Below are positions 1 to 8,809 of a stretch of DNA of 64,000 nucleotides, piece after piece. Made by a program: the position numbers and the translations under genes. Location of the stretch: the sequence record SRR20825006_1225; one strand, written 5' to 3'. Under the pieces are notes generated by a model that saw only the letters and a program-made list of their open reading frames with translations, was not told where the DNA came from and made no database searches. Within the stretch, counting starts at the first letter, position 1; every line of letters begins with the position of its first letter.

Positions 1-205
1 TGATCTCAAAATTTGGTCAAGTAGAATTGGGTTTCTTTCTAAGCCAAAGTAATGGTTTGTTGGATATCGTTAAAATTCATTAATATTTTCCGTATCAATT
101 TGAGATTTTAACTCTCATTTAGAGTACATTCGGTTCGATTTTGATTCAATATTAAATTGATTCCAAAATTAGCTTACTGATACAGGACTAATGAATTTTC
201 TTTAG

Positions 206-676
206 ATGAATAAAAAAAGATACCAGGACAAAATAGAATTTGTTGAAGATTTCAGCCTTAAAATTGAAGAAATAGGCCACTCACACATATTTGGAAAAAT
301 TTTAAGCTGGTTATTAATTTGTAAGCCTCATCATCAGTCATTCTCAGATATTATGGAAGGGCTGAGTATCAGTAAAGCATCGGTAAGCAATACTACTAGA
401 ATTCTTCTCGAAGCAAGGTTAATTGAGAAAGTAAGAATTACCGGCGAACGTCAAATGTATTTTAAGCTTAAGGAAGATGCTTTAATAGAATTTATGGAGA
501 AGCAGACTATACTTATTTCTGAGATAGAAACCATTCTAGATAATGGACTTCAGTTGCTAATAGATAATGGTGAAACTGATTTGCAAAGACTTAAGCGAGC
601 TCGGCAGTTCTATACTTTTATGGCGGCAGAGTTACCTTCTCTTTTAGAAAAATTCAATAATGAATATGATGATTAA
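206..676 (+). CDS. GbsR/MarR-family winged-helix transcriptional regulator
   Basis: 156 aa; G-x-S-x-I-x-G-K-I-L-x-W-L-L start and HTH segment 'IMEGLSISKASVSNTTRILLEARLIEKVRITGERQMYF' typical of GbsR-like regulators. Confidence 0.85.
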   Translation: MNKKRYQDKIEFVEDFSLKIEEIGHSHIFGKILSWLLICKPHHQSFSDIMEGLSISKASVSNTTRILLEARLIEKVRITGERQMYFKLKEDALIEFMEKQTILISEIETILDNGLQLLIDNGETDLQRLKRARQFYTFMAAELPSLLEKFNNEYDD

Positions 677-1117
677 ATGAGTTCGTAAAGGTAAGCTACT
701 AAAAAACTATTTAAAGGTCATAGATGGACTCCCCTCTAATTCTTACTTTTCTTTACAGTATTTTACAGCTACAAAATAGTAAGCTTAACTTTTGCAAAAT
801 TAATCATTAAAAGAATTAAATATATTTGGTTTATTTAGTAGTAAACAATATCATTAGATTGTATTTGTGGTTCACAATGTAGGTAATAAATCTATTTTGA
901 ACGGTGATGACAGAGAGTCTCAACCTTATACGATTCGTAAAACCAATTTAATTTATGTTTCAATAACATAAACCCTAGCCTACTCCCTAAAATAATTGTA
1001 TTACTGAGCGGATTGCCAACATAGTAAATTTTAACACCCCGTGATTTACTAAGGATTTTGTCGCCAAATGTATTTTAAATGAATCACTACTTTTTTCTAA
1101 GAATCTTAAATACCCCT

Positions 1118-1154
1118 AGGCTTTCTAGACTGACCATCTAGAGAGCTTTTTTTT
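1118..1154 (+). terminator. Intrinsic terminator in a non-coding region
   Basis: Stem GCTTTCTAGA / TCTAGAGAGC (one G-U), 7-nt loop, followed by T8. Confidence 0.7.
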
Positions 1155-1280
1155 GTCTATAATTTAAGCTTGGGGCTATTAACTGCCAGTTAGCGATTGT
1201 GTGATTCAGTAAGAACTATCATTATTAAATACTCACGTATTTAGCTTATATTTTCAACTGACTTTCATACTTATCCCAAA

Positions 1281-2015
1281 ATGGACAAAACCATTACTAA
1301 ATATTCTGAGACATACACCATAAGAGCTAGCGAAGTAAATGAAGACGCAGAAGCTACATTACCTGCCATGGGAAGTTTGTTCCAAGAAGTAGCTGGTAAC
1401 CATGCATTAACTTTAAATTTTGATATTACACAATTACATCAGCAAAATTTAACTTGGGTACTTCATCGAATGAATATTAAGATGAAGCGTTATCCAAAGT
1501 GGAGAGAACAAATAACAATCGAAACTTGGCCAGCTGCTGGAGATGCACTTCGAGCTTATCGCGATTATGATATTCTCGATGAACATGAGGAAAGTATTGG
1601 TTGCTGTTTAAGCTATTGGATGATGATTAACTTAAAAACTCGTAGGCCTACACGGATGCCAAAAGAAGTACTTGAACTCCGACTTGGTGACGTTGAGCAT
1701 GTTATGGAAGTGAAATCAAATCGACTGTCTCCTATTAATAGAGTAGATTCTGAGAAACAATTCCAGGTTCGCAGTTCCGATTTAGACATGAATCATCATG
1801 TAAACAATACTAAATATTTGGAATGGATGATTGAGACTATTCCCGAAAATGTAAGTAGTAGTGTAGTTGAAGTGGATATAATATTTCTTCGTGAAGGCCT
1901 ATATCAAGATCAAATTCGCTCCATTGCGGAGTTAAATGAGGAGCAAACATCTCACCATCAACTTATTAATCAAGATGGTGAGACTATAGCTTTGGCAACT
2001 TTCAGCTTTGATTAA
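1281..2015 (+). CDS. Acyl-ACP thioesterase (FatA/FatB-like double hot-dog fold)
   Basis: Motif 'VRSSDLDMNHHVNNTKYLEW'; N-terminal 'IRASEVN...FQEVAGNHA'. Confidence 0.9.
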   Translation: MDKTITKYSETYTIRASEVNEDAEATLPAMGSLFQEVAGNHALTLNFDITQLHQQNLTWVLHRMNIKMKRYPKWREQITIETWPAAGDALRAYRDYDILDEHEESIGCCLSYWMMINLKTRRPTRMPKEVLELRLGDVEHVMEVKSNRLSPINRVDSEKQFQVRSSDLDMNHHVNNTKYLEWMIETIPENVSSSVVEVDIIFLREGLYQDQIRSIAELNEEQTSHHQLINQDGETIALATFSFD

Positions 2016-2833
2016 TTATCCCATTCAGGCGCAAAATCTGGGTTAACTATTCTTCTATTTTTATCTAAATCGTCGATTGCATAAAAATCATCGTCCTCGA
2101 GCGTAAAATCGTAGATATCAAGATTCTCTTCCATGTGTGCTCTAGAACTAGCTTTAGGAATCGCCACTACTTGCTCTTGCTCTACCAACCAACGGAGTGC
2201 AATTTGCGATGGGGTTTTTCCATATTTTTCTGACAATTCTTGCAATAATGGAATATTGAAAACCTCTCCCTGAGCTAGTGGACTATACGCTGTTACCAAC
2301 AGATCTTGTTCAGAAGCATACTCGAGCAACTCAAATTGATCCAAAAGAGGATGATATTCAACTTGGTTACAAAATATCGGCGCTGCAAGTTCTTCGTTTA
2401 CTTCTTTTAAGTTTTTCATTGGGAAGTTGCTCACACCAATATTCAATGCTTTCCCTTGATCACGAACAGAAAGCATAGCTTCAATGGTTTTTTCGACGTC
2501 AAAATCTGGATTAGGCCAATGAATAAGCAGTAAGTCAACGTAAGGTAAGTCTAAGTCCTGAAGAGAACGCTCAGACGATTTGATTACTTCCTCTGGGGCT
2601 AGGTTATTCATCCAAATCTTGGTAGTTACAAAAAGCTCATCACGTTTTATGTGAGCTTGTTTAATACCGTTTCCAACCTCACGCTCATTTTTATACACTT
2701 GAGCGGTGTCTATATGACGATATCCAACATTTAGGGCAAGCTTAACAGCTTGTTCACACTCTTTTCCAATAAGTTTAAATGTTCCAAAACCAAGCTCTGG
2801 AACCTCAACTCCTTGAATTTTCTTTGTAACCAT
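2012..2833 (-). CDS. Aldo/keto reductase (2,5-diketo-D-gluconate reductase-like)
   Basis: Motifs 'GYRHIDTAQVYKNE', 'DLLLIHWP', 'IGVSNF', 'NQVEYHP', 'IPKAS'. Confidence 0.92.
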   Translation of the reverse strand: MVTKKIQGVEVPELGFGTFKLIGKECEQAVKLALNVGYRHIDTAQVYKNEREVGNGIKQAHIKRDELFVTTKIWMNNLAPEEVIKSSERSLQDLDLPYVDLLLIHWPNPDFDVEKTIEAMLSVRDQGKALNIGVSNFPMKNLKEVNEELAAPIFCNQVEYHPLLDQFELLEYASEQDLLVTAYSPLAQGEVFNIPLLQELSEKYGKTPSQIALRWLVEQEQVVAIPKASSRAHMEENLDIYDFTLEDDDFYAIDDLDKNRRIVNPDFAPEWDN

Positions 2834-2880
2834 GTTTTAAAAACTATTGATTTTTATATGTTTAAATTTTAACTCGGTTC

Positions 2881-5646
2881 CTATTTTACTAGGGTCATTT
2901 TTCTGGTCATTATTTTTGTACCAACCTCTAATTGGTAAATGTACATTCCACTAGGCATGTCAGATGCATCCCAATCAACTTTATGCTCACCCACTGCCAT
3001 ACTCTGGTTAATTAACAGCGCCACCGGTTGTCCAACAATATTGAACACCGATAATCTTACTTCAGCTGCTTCTGGTATATAAAAAGAAAGAGTTGTAAGT
3101 GGATTAAACGGATTTGGATAATTCTGATTTAATGTTAATTCATCAGGTGTGTCCACTTCTTCATCTTCAATATATTGCTGTTTAGATACAAATTTGAACA
3201 CATATCGATTCTCTTTACGAGGCTGTATTAAATCCACTTTACTATAAAAAGATTCCTTTCTATCGATGAGGTTATTGGAGTAATCAAAACTAATCTCCCA
3301 ATTCTCATCTAATTCATAGACTTTTTGGTCTACTAAATCTTCAACTAAAATCATCAAATCAGAAGGAATATCACCCCATTTGCCAACTTTTAAAACATAC
3401 TTTCCATCCTCGCTTCCCATTATACTTGATGAAAAACTAAATTCGTAATCACCATTCAGAAACAAGTCTTTTGACACAAAATCTTCTGTTCCATTTTTTA
3501 AAGAAAACGAAGAATAAGACTTTCCAGGAATCAAAAGCTGTACATTATCATCTAAAGTTAGAGTGGAAGTTAAGTCGCTACCCGTATCTTTAAAGTTAAA
3601 GACCACTTTCTCTGTCTTCCCCTCCCTTGATAAAATTAACTCTAAGACACCAGATTTCTCTATAGCTACAGTTTCTTGGTCAAAAACCATTTTTGAAAGA
3701 TCAATATCAAGTTTGGTTTCGTCTATTGCTTCTTCAAGCTTCAACCAAAATACTTCATTGGGAGAAATAACATCAGTGGCAAGCAAAGATTCTGTTCCAT
3801 TCCTCGTTTTCGAAAATATTACTGGTTTAACAGCCAAAGAGGCCAATTCCATCACTTCTTTTTGTAAAAATCCAACTTGAATAGGTTCCTTTGTAAGATT
3901 AATGACTTTGTTAAGACCTTCGATTTCATCTATAACTTTGTTGTTATTTTTATCGGTGGAAGAAATTATAATCTGAAGCTCGTTCTGCTCAATTTCCTCT
4001 TTTTCTTTTTCTCTTTTGCTAATACCTTGAATTTGATCCTCATCCAAAAACGCTAATAATGGCCTAGAAGAAGGCACTTCTGATTGACTTTCAAATTCCA
4101 CATACTGTCCGTCTACTTCACTCCACAGATAAAATTTCGTTTCAGCATTCTCTTTGATAAGAGTTTCATCGAAAGCTATCTCTTTCCACCCAGGAACAAT
4201 CTCAAGAGATTTAGGAGTATCAACTACAACACCTAACTCTGTAACTTTAGCAGCAGTGGCCTTACTTTGTACATCAGATACAGCAATTGTCTTAGAAACT
4301 TCCTCTCTCTTTTGCTCTTCAATAACAACTTCATCAATAACACTACCAACTCTATCAAAAATCTTTATCAAGCCTGGTTTTAAGATCGAAGATATATCCT
4401 TCTCATCAAGTAATAACATGGAGTAGGTTGCGCCTACATAATCTTCTGCTTTTTTGGAACTTATTACAAGTTTCCCTCCTGCTTCAAGCACATAGTTATC
4501 AGGAATAGTGAAGGAATTTTTTCCTTTTGTAATAGTCCAATTCGAAACATCCACTTCTGTACTTTCAATATTATAAACAATCACAGCTTGCTCATTGTTT
4601 ATAGCCAAAGGTTGAAGTTTAACCTTTGGCTTTTCATTGTCTTGAACTAACAATGTATGAGTAACAAAGTCACCAAAATTACCCTTAGATAAATTCCTTA
4701 GTTCAAAAAAACCAGTTTCTGTACCTTCATAAATATTATCGGCTTTAATGGGTAGTTTAATCTCATAAACAGCATTCCCAATTAGACCTGAGAAGTTAAT
4801 CTCAGTACTCTTGAAATCCATAATCTCATCAGAACCTAGAGAACTGTTAAAAGAATCGAAAGCAACATCAACAGTAAGTTTCGAGCCATCATGCTCGTAT
4901 ATTGCAACGTTCAGCGAGATTACATCTTCCGTTTCGCTTATAGTATTAAGACTTTGATCAAAAAGAATTACAGGTGGTTTAAGAATATTAAATGATGTCC
5001 CAAAGCTTTGATATGGTAATGAGTTTTTACCTTTCCAATGAGCAGCATCAGTAACTAACTTACTAAGCATTCTTGAGGTTCCACTTGCGCCATTTCGAAT
5101 GTAATACTGGTAGTTTTCTAATTCACCGAGAGAAAGGTAATTCTTAGTAACCTCAGTTAGTGCAGCTGGTAAATCTGACCCAAAATATTCTTGCTGAGCG
5201 TCAGGATCTTTCTGTCCCCAGCCAATTCCATAAACGAATCTAAACACCCCTTCTTCTTTTTGATAAAGAAAAAGTGTTTCACTTTCAGGTGATAGTGTGA
5301 GCTGACCATTTATTTCAATTCCATCTAGAATGTTGCTGTCTAATTTGATGGAAGTTCCCGCTTCAATATTGGATAAAAAGCTTATTTCAACTTCAGACCC
5401 AGAATCAAAATCAACCTTCTCATTGCTCCATAACCCATTATTAACGTATAATCTTGTACCTTCTCGAATATCTATTAAGGGGATAATTTCGAAAGAATCG
5501 TTAACAGAGTTTATAGACACAAATACAACATCGCCAGGAACTAAAATAGTTTGAGCTTTAGCTTCAATACTGATAAGTATGAAGCTAAAAAATAGGGCGA
5601 TATGTAGAGTTTTAAAGTATGCTTTGCGTAGTAGCTGTTGTCTCAT
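2881..5646 (-). CDS. Large secreted protein with Ig-like/lamin-tail-like domains and a T9SS type A-like C-terminal sorting domain
   Basis: Signal peptide ending 'AKA-Q'; LTD-like 'VYNIESTEVDVSNWTI'; C-terminal 'LNQNYPNPFNP...SGMYIYQL...RKMTLVK'. Confidence 0.75.
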   Translation of the reverse strand: MRQQLLRKAYFKTLHIALFFSFILISIEAKAQTILVPGDVVFVSINSVNDSFEIIPLIDIREGTRLYVNNGLWSNEKVDFDSGSEVEISFLSNIEAGTSIKLDSNILDGIEINGQLTLSPESETLFLYQKEEGVFRFVYGIGWGQKDPDAQQEYFGSDLPAALTEVTKNYLSLGELENYQYYIRNGASGTSRMLSKLVTDAAHWKGKNSLPYQSFGTSFNILKPPVILFDQSLNTISETEDVISLNVAIYEHDGSKLTVDVAFDSFNSSLGSDEIMDFKSTEINFSGLIGNAVYEIKLPIKADNIYEGTETGFFELRNLSKGNFGDFVTHTLLVQDNEKPKVKLQPLAINNEQAVIVYNIESTEVDVSNWTITKGKNSFTIPDNYVLEAGGKLVISSKKAEDYVGATYSMLLLDEKDISSILKPGLIKIFDRVGSVIDEVVIEEQKREEVSKTIAVSDVQSKATAAKVTELGVVVDTPKSLEIVPGWKEIAFDETLIKENAETKFYLWSEVDGQYVEFESQSEVPSSRPLLAFLDEDQIQGISKREKEKEEIEQNELQIIISSTDKNNNKVIDEIEGLNKVINLTKEPIQVGFLQKEVMELASLAVKPVIFSKTRNGTESLLATDVISPNEVFWLKLEEAIDETKLDIDLSKMVFDQETVAIEKSGVLELILSREGKTEKVVFNFKDTGSDLTSTLTLDDNVQLLIPGKSYSSFSLKNGTEDFVSKDLFLNGDYEFSFSSSIMGSEDGKYVLKVGKWGDIPSDLMILVEDLVDQKVYELDENWEISFDYSNNLIDRKESFYSKVDLIQPRKENRYVFKFVSKQQYIEDEEVDTPDELTLNQNYPNPFNPLTTLSFYIPEAAEVRLSVFNIVGQPVALLINQSMAVGEHKVDWDASDMPSGMYIYQLEVGTKIMTRKMTLVK

Positions 5647-5734
5647 AAGCAGCCGTTAATTAAGAACACAATGGTAACTCAAATAAACCAATTTTTTGAC
5701 AAATGGCACATTAAATTTATGCCCTTTGAAATAT

Positions 5735-7036
5735 TTAATCATCTAAGCGCGGGGTGGTTAATTTACCCTCACTTGAAGCAACTGTAACGGCCACTGCGGC
5801 ATCTCCCGTAACATTTACAACCGTTCTACACATATCCAATATTCTATCAACACCTAATATTAAAGCAATTCCTTCAACAGGAACATCAACTGCTTGTAAT
5901 ACTATTACGAGCATAACAATTCCTGCTCCTGGTACTCCAGCTGTCCCAATGGAAGCTAAGGTTGCAGTTAAAACAATTGTTAACTGTTGCACTAAGTTCA
6001 AGTCCATACCTAGCGCTTGAGCAATGAAAACTGCAGCTACCGCTTGGTATAAGCTAGTTCCGTCCATATTTATAGTAGCACCAATTGGAAGCACAAAACT
6101 TGCTACTTCTTCGTCAACTCCTAGATTCTTTTCCACTGTCTCCATAGTAACGGGTAGAGTTGCAGAACTTGAACTTGTACTAAAGCCCAATAACATCGCA
6201 GGACGGATACCTCTAAAGAAGTCTCCCAACTTCATCTTGCTAGACATCTTAAACATTGTGGTATAAACCAACATAACGTGCATAATTAAGGCGATAAGAA
6301 CAGTAACACAATACCAACCAAGAGCTATTAGTAGCTCAAGAGCTTTACTTAGATCATCACCTGCTAAATCAACAATTACGGATGCCATTAGAGCAAAAAC
6401 TCCATATGGCGCGGTCTTCATTATCAGCTCAACTATTCTAATTATCACATCGTTAACGGAATCGAATAGATCGATTAAAATTTGGCCTTTTTTCTTTTCA
6501 ATTTGAATGATTCCAATCCCAAACAAAAGAGCAACAAACACAATTTGTAACATCATGGTGTTATCAGCGGCTGCAGAAACAAGATTTGGAGGAACAATAC
6601 CTACAAAAAAGTCTAGAGGTCCCCGATCTAAAACTTCACTCGCTGTAAGACTGCTTTGTCCAGTTGCATCGCTATACTGTTCTTGTAACTGTATTTTAGT
6701 CTCTTCAGGAAGTGTTTTCCCTGGCTGGATAATATTAACGGTTACGAGCCCAATTGTAATAGCAAGAACTGTTGTAACAAGATATATCCCAATAGTTTTG
6801 CCACCCATTCTGGACAGTTTAGCAGTGTCGTTAAGGCTTGTTATACCTGCCACTAACGAAGCAAATACTAACGGAACAGCAATTAACTTAAGTAAGGTGA
6901 TAAAAATAGTGCCAAATGGTTTTACAAAATCTACCGTAAATGTATTAAAACCAGCCAATGCAGATATAAGGCCCCAGACTAATCCTAAAACAAGCCCAAT
7001 CATTATCTGCCAATGCAATTTTCTATACCATTTCAT
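5735..7036 (-). CDS. Dicarboxylate/amino acid:cation symporter (DAACS, GltP/GltT-like)
   Basis: Motifs 'FSTSSSSATLP', 'GATINMDGT', 'GVDRILDMCRTVVNVTGD'. Confidence 0.93.
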   Translation of the reverse strand: MKWYRKLHWQIMIGLVLGLVWGLISALAGFNTFTVDFVKPFGTIFITLLKLIAVPLVFASLVAGITSLNDTAKLSRMGGKTIGIYLVTTVLAITIGLVTVNIIQPGKTLPEETKIQLQEQYSDATGQSSLTASEVLDRGPLDFFVGIVPPNLVSAAADNTMMLQIVFVALLFGIGIIQIEKKKGQILIDLFDSVNDVIIRIVELIMKTAPYGVFALMASVIVDLAGDDLSKALELLIALGWYCVTVLIALIMHVMLVYTTMFKMSSKMKLGDFFRGIRPAMLLGFSTSSSSATLPVTMETVEKNLGVDEEVASFVLPIGATINMDGTSLYQAVAAVFIAQALGMDLNLVQQLTIVLTATLASIGTAGVPGAGIVMLVIVLQAVDVPVEGIALILGVDRILDMCRTVVNVTGDAAVAVTVASSEGKLTTPRLDD

Positions 7037-7857
7037 ACTTCAAATATTAATGTGATTAATAAAACAATTATCGAGGAGCTTCCTACTGCAATCCAATTAA
7101 CAAAATTATTGTCTAGCACAATTGGACGGGCTGAAACATTTGTCTCTGAATTTTTTGAAAAAATGTACCCTTGATAACGAGCCCCGAGAAAAGAATCAAA
7201 GAAGCAACCTACCACCCCTGCTAGAATAATTAAAACTAACGACAAAGTGGTGCTGTTTGCAAATGTAATCCAAAAAAGTATGGCAATTAGTGACGATCCA
7301 GCTAAAGCAGCTAAAGACCCACTGATACTAATTCCACCATCTGTACCCGATTTAACTCGCTCTAAGGTGGTGATAAGAAAAGTTTTTCCTTCAGCTTTAT
7401 TACCCAATTCTGTGGCCCAAGTATCTGCATTTGCGGCTGCAATACTAGCAACCGCAGCGGTTAGAAATAAATACTCTTTTGTGATGAACCAAATCATTAA
7501 CCAGAGAGCAAACCAAAAGCCATTTGCCCAAACTTGAGCTCCTGTTCTCCTAAACTTAATAGATCTATGATCTTCTGTGCTGATAGTATCTTTTGAGAAT
7601 AAGGAAGCTGAGATAAAAAAGACCAAAACCAACAACGCAGCCTGCCAACCTCCTAAACCGTACGCTATAGTCCCGAAAATTGCCGCCGATTTAGAGCCGT
7701 CTATAGTTAGCCAATTTAGAATAAAGGCAACAAGTGCAAATAGCCCAGCTAGTATTAAAGCTATGCCTATTCGCATGTGATCACCCGATTTCGCAAAAAG
7801 AATGAACACAAAGATAAGTGAAAAAATGAAAAAGATATTTACTAGACGGTCAACCAC
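7033..7857 (-). CDS. DUF92 membrane protein (TMEM19/VTE6-like); start moved to the GTG at 7857 just after the DUF3098 stop
   Basis: Motifs 'RTGAQVWANG', 'ANADTWATELG', 'GTDGGISISG', 'FDSFLGA', 'NNFVN'. Confidence 0.85.
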   Translation of the reverse strand: MVDRLVNIFFIFSLIFVFILFAKSGDHMRIGIALILAGLFALVAFILNWLTIDGSKSAAIFGTIAYGLGGWQAALLVLVFFISASLFSKDTISTEDHRSIKFRRTGAQVWANGFWFALWLMIWFITKEYLFLTAAVASIAAANADTWATELGNKAEGKTFLITTLERVKSGTDGGISISGSLAALAGSSLIAILFWITFANSTTLSLVLIILAGVVGCFFDSFLGARYQGYIFSKNSETNVSARPIVLDNNFVNWIAVGSSSIIVLLITLIFEV

Positions 7858-7858
7858 C

Positions 7859-8110
7859 TTAGCTAGGCTGGTTTGGTTCTTCTTGGTTTGGACGATCATG
7901 CTTAAGAATCGCAAAAAGAACGATAATAAAACCAGCAACAATCACAATCGGAGAGATATATAAAGAAATAAACCCTTCAACTTCATTTTCCATTAGCATT
8001 GCTGTAAACCCACCAGCAATAAGAGCTATAGCCAACCCTATGAGCTTATAGTTGAATGATGAGAAAAACATTGGGGCCTTGTCTTCTTTTTTGGAATAAT
8101 TTTTTGCCAT
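7859..8110 (-). CDS. DUF3098-like small two-TM membrane protein
   Basis: 83 aa; 'F..FNYKLIGLAIALIAGGF.AM' and 'ISPIVIVAGFIIVLFAIL' pattern. Confidence 0.7.
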   Translation of the reverse strand: MAKNYSKKEDKAPMFFSSFNYKLIGLAIALIAGGFTAMLMENEVEGFISLYISPIVIVAGFIIVLFAILKHDRPNQEEPNQPS

Positions 8111-8203
8111 TTTTACCTTTTAAAACCTTAACCTTTACGTTGCTTGAAACGAATAGAGAAGTTATTTAATTATCCTATAACTCCAAAGGCAGTATTAAAC
8201 CTT

Positions 8204-8809
8204 ATGAAAATCATTTTGGCTTCACAAAGCCCACGTCGCAAAAAATTGTTAGAGCAGCTTGGATTGACCTTTGAAGTAATTCCAAGCTCCATTAATGAAG
8301 ATATATCTGGCTTTGAGCCACCTGCTTTTGTTGAAGAACTGGCTCTACAAAAAGCCCAAGATGTTGCTACCTCTCTTCACAAATGCCTAGTAATTGGTGC
8401 AGATACCATTGTTGTTTTAGATGGCGAAATACTAGGTAAGCCAAGTAATCACATCGAAGCATCCCAGATGCTTTCAAAGCTAAGCAGTAAAACACATTCA
8501 GTTTTTACAGGTGTAGCTTTCGTTCAAGCAGACAAGATCAATAATAATAATCGTACACATGTGTTTTCGGTAGAAACAAAAGTAACTTTTGGGACATTAG
8601 CGTCCAATGAAATCGATGCTTATGTCGCTACTGGTAGCCCAATGGATAAAGCAGGCTCATATGGAATTCAAGATGATTGGGGTGCCGTGTTTGTAGAAGG
8701 CATTAATGGTGATTATAATAACGTTGTTGGGTTACCCATTTATAAATTTTACCAAGAGCTTAAGTCATTTGCTCCCGAAGCCCTTAAAAATCTAGTTTTA
8801 CCCCATTGA
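8204..8809 (+). CDS. maf: Maf-family nucleoside triphosphate pyrophosphatase (YhdE-like); ATG at 8204 preferred over TTG at 8144
   Basis: Motifs 'IILASQSPRRKKLL', 'GADTIV', 'DKAGSYGIQ', 'NVVGLP'. Confidence 0.92.
   Translation: MKIILASQSPRRKKLLEQLGLTFEVIPSSINEDISGFEPPAFVEELALQKAQDVATSLHKCLVIGADTIVVLDGEILGKPSNHIEASQMLSKLSSKTHSVFTGVAFVQADKINNNNRTHVFSVETKVTFGTLASNEIDAYVATGSPMDKAGSYGIQDDWGAVFVEGINGDYNNVVGLPIYKFYQELKSFAPEALKNLVLPH

Noticed and set aside
1-83. Possible 3' end of an upstream CDS (+ strand, ...GLLDIVKIH-stop)
   Set aside because: Too short to identify, and another frame is also open to position 52.
5697-5725. TGGCAC sigma54-like half-site
   Set aside because: No GC at the -12 position and wrong orientation for the adjacent gene.
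6507-7055. 182-aa ORF antisense to the symporter, and the other short shadow ORFs in the track
   Set aside because: They lie within well-supported genes on the opposite strand or frame and show no motifs.
7858-7941. N-terminal extension of the DUF92 ORF
   Set aside because: Overlaps the DUF3098 gene; the GTG at 7857 is a better start. Similar over-extended starts at 8144, 20475, 37257 and 41450 were trimmed.
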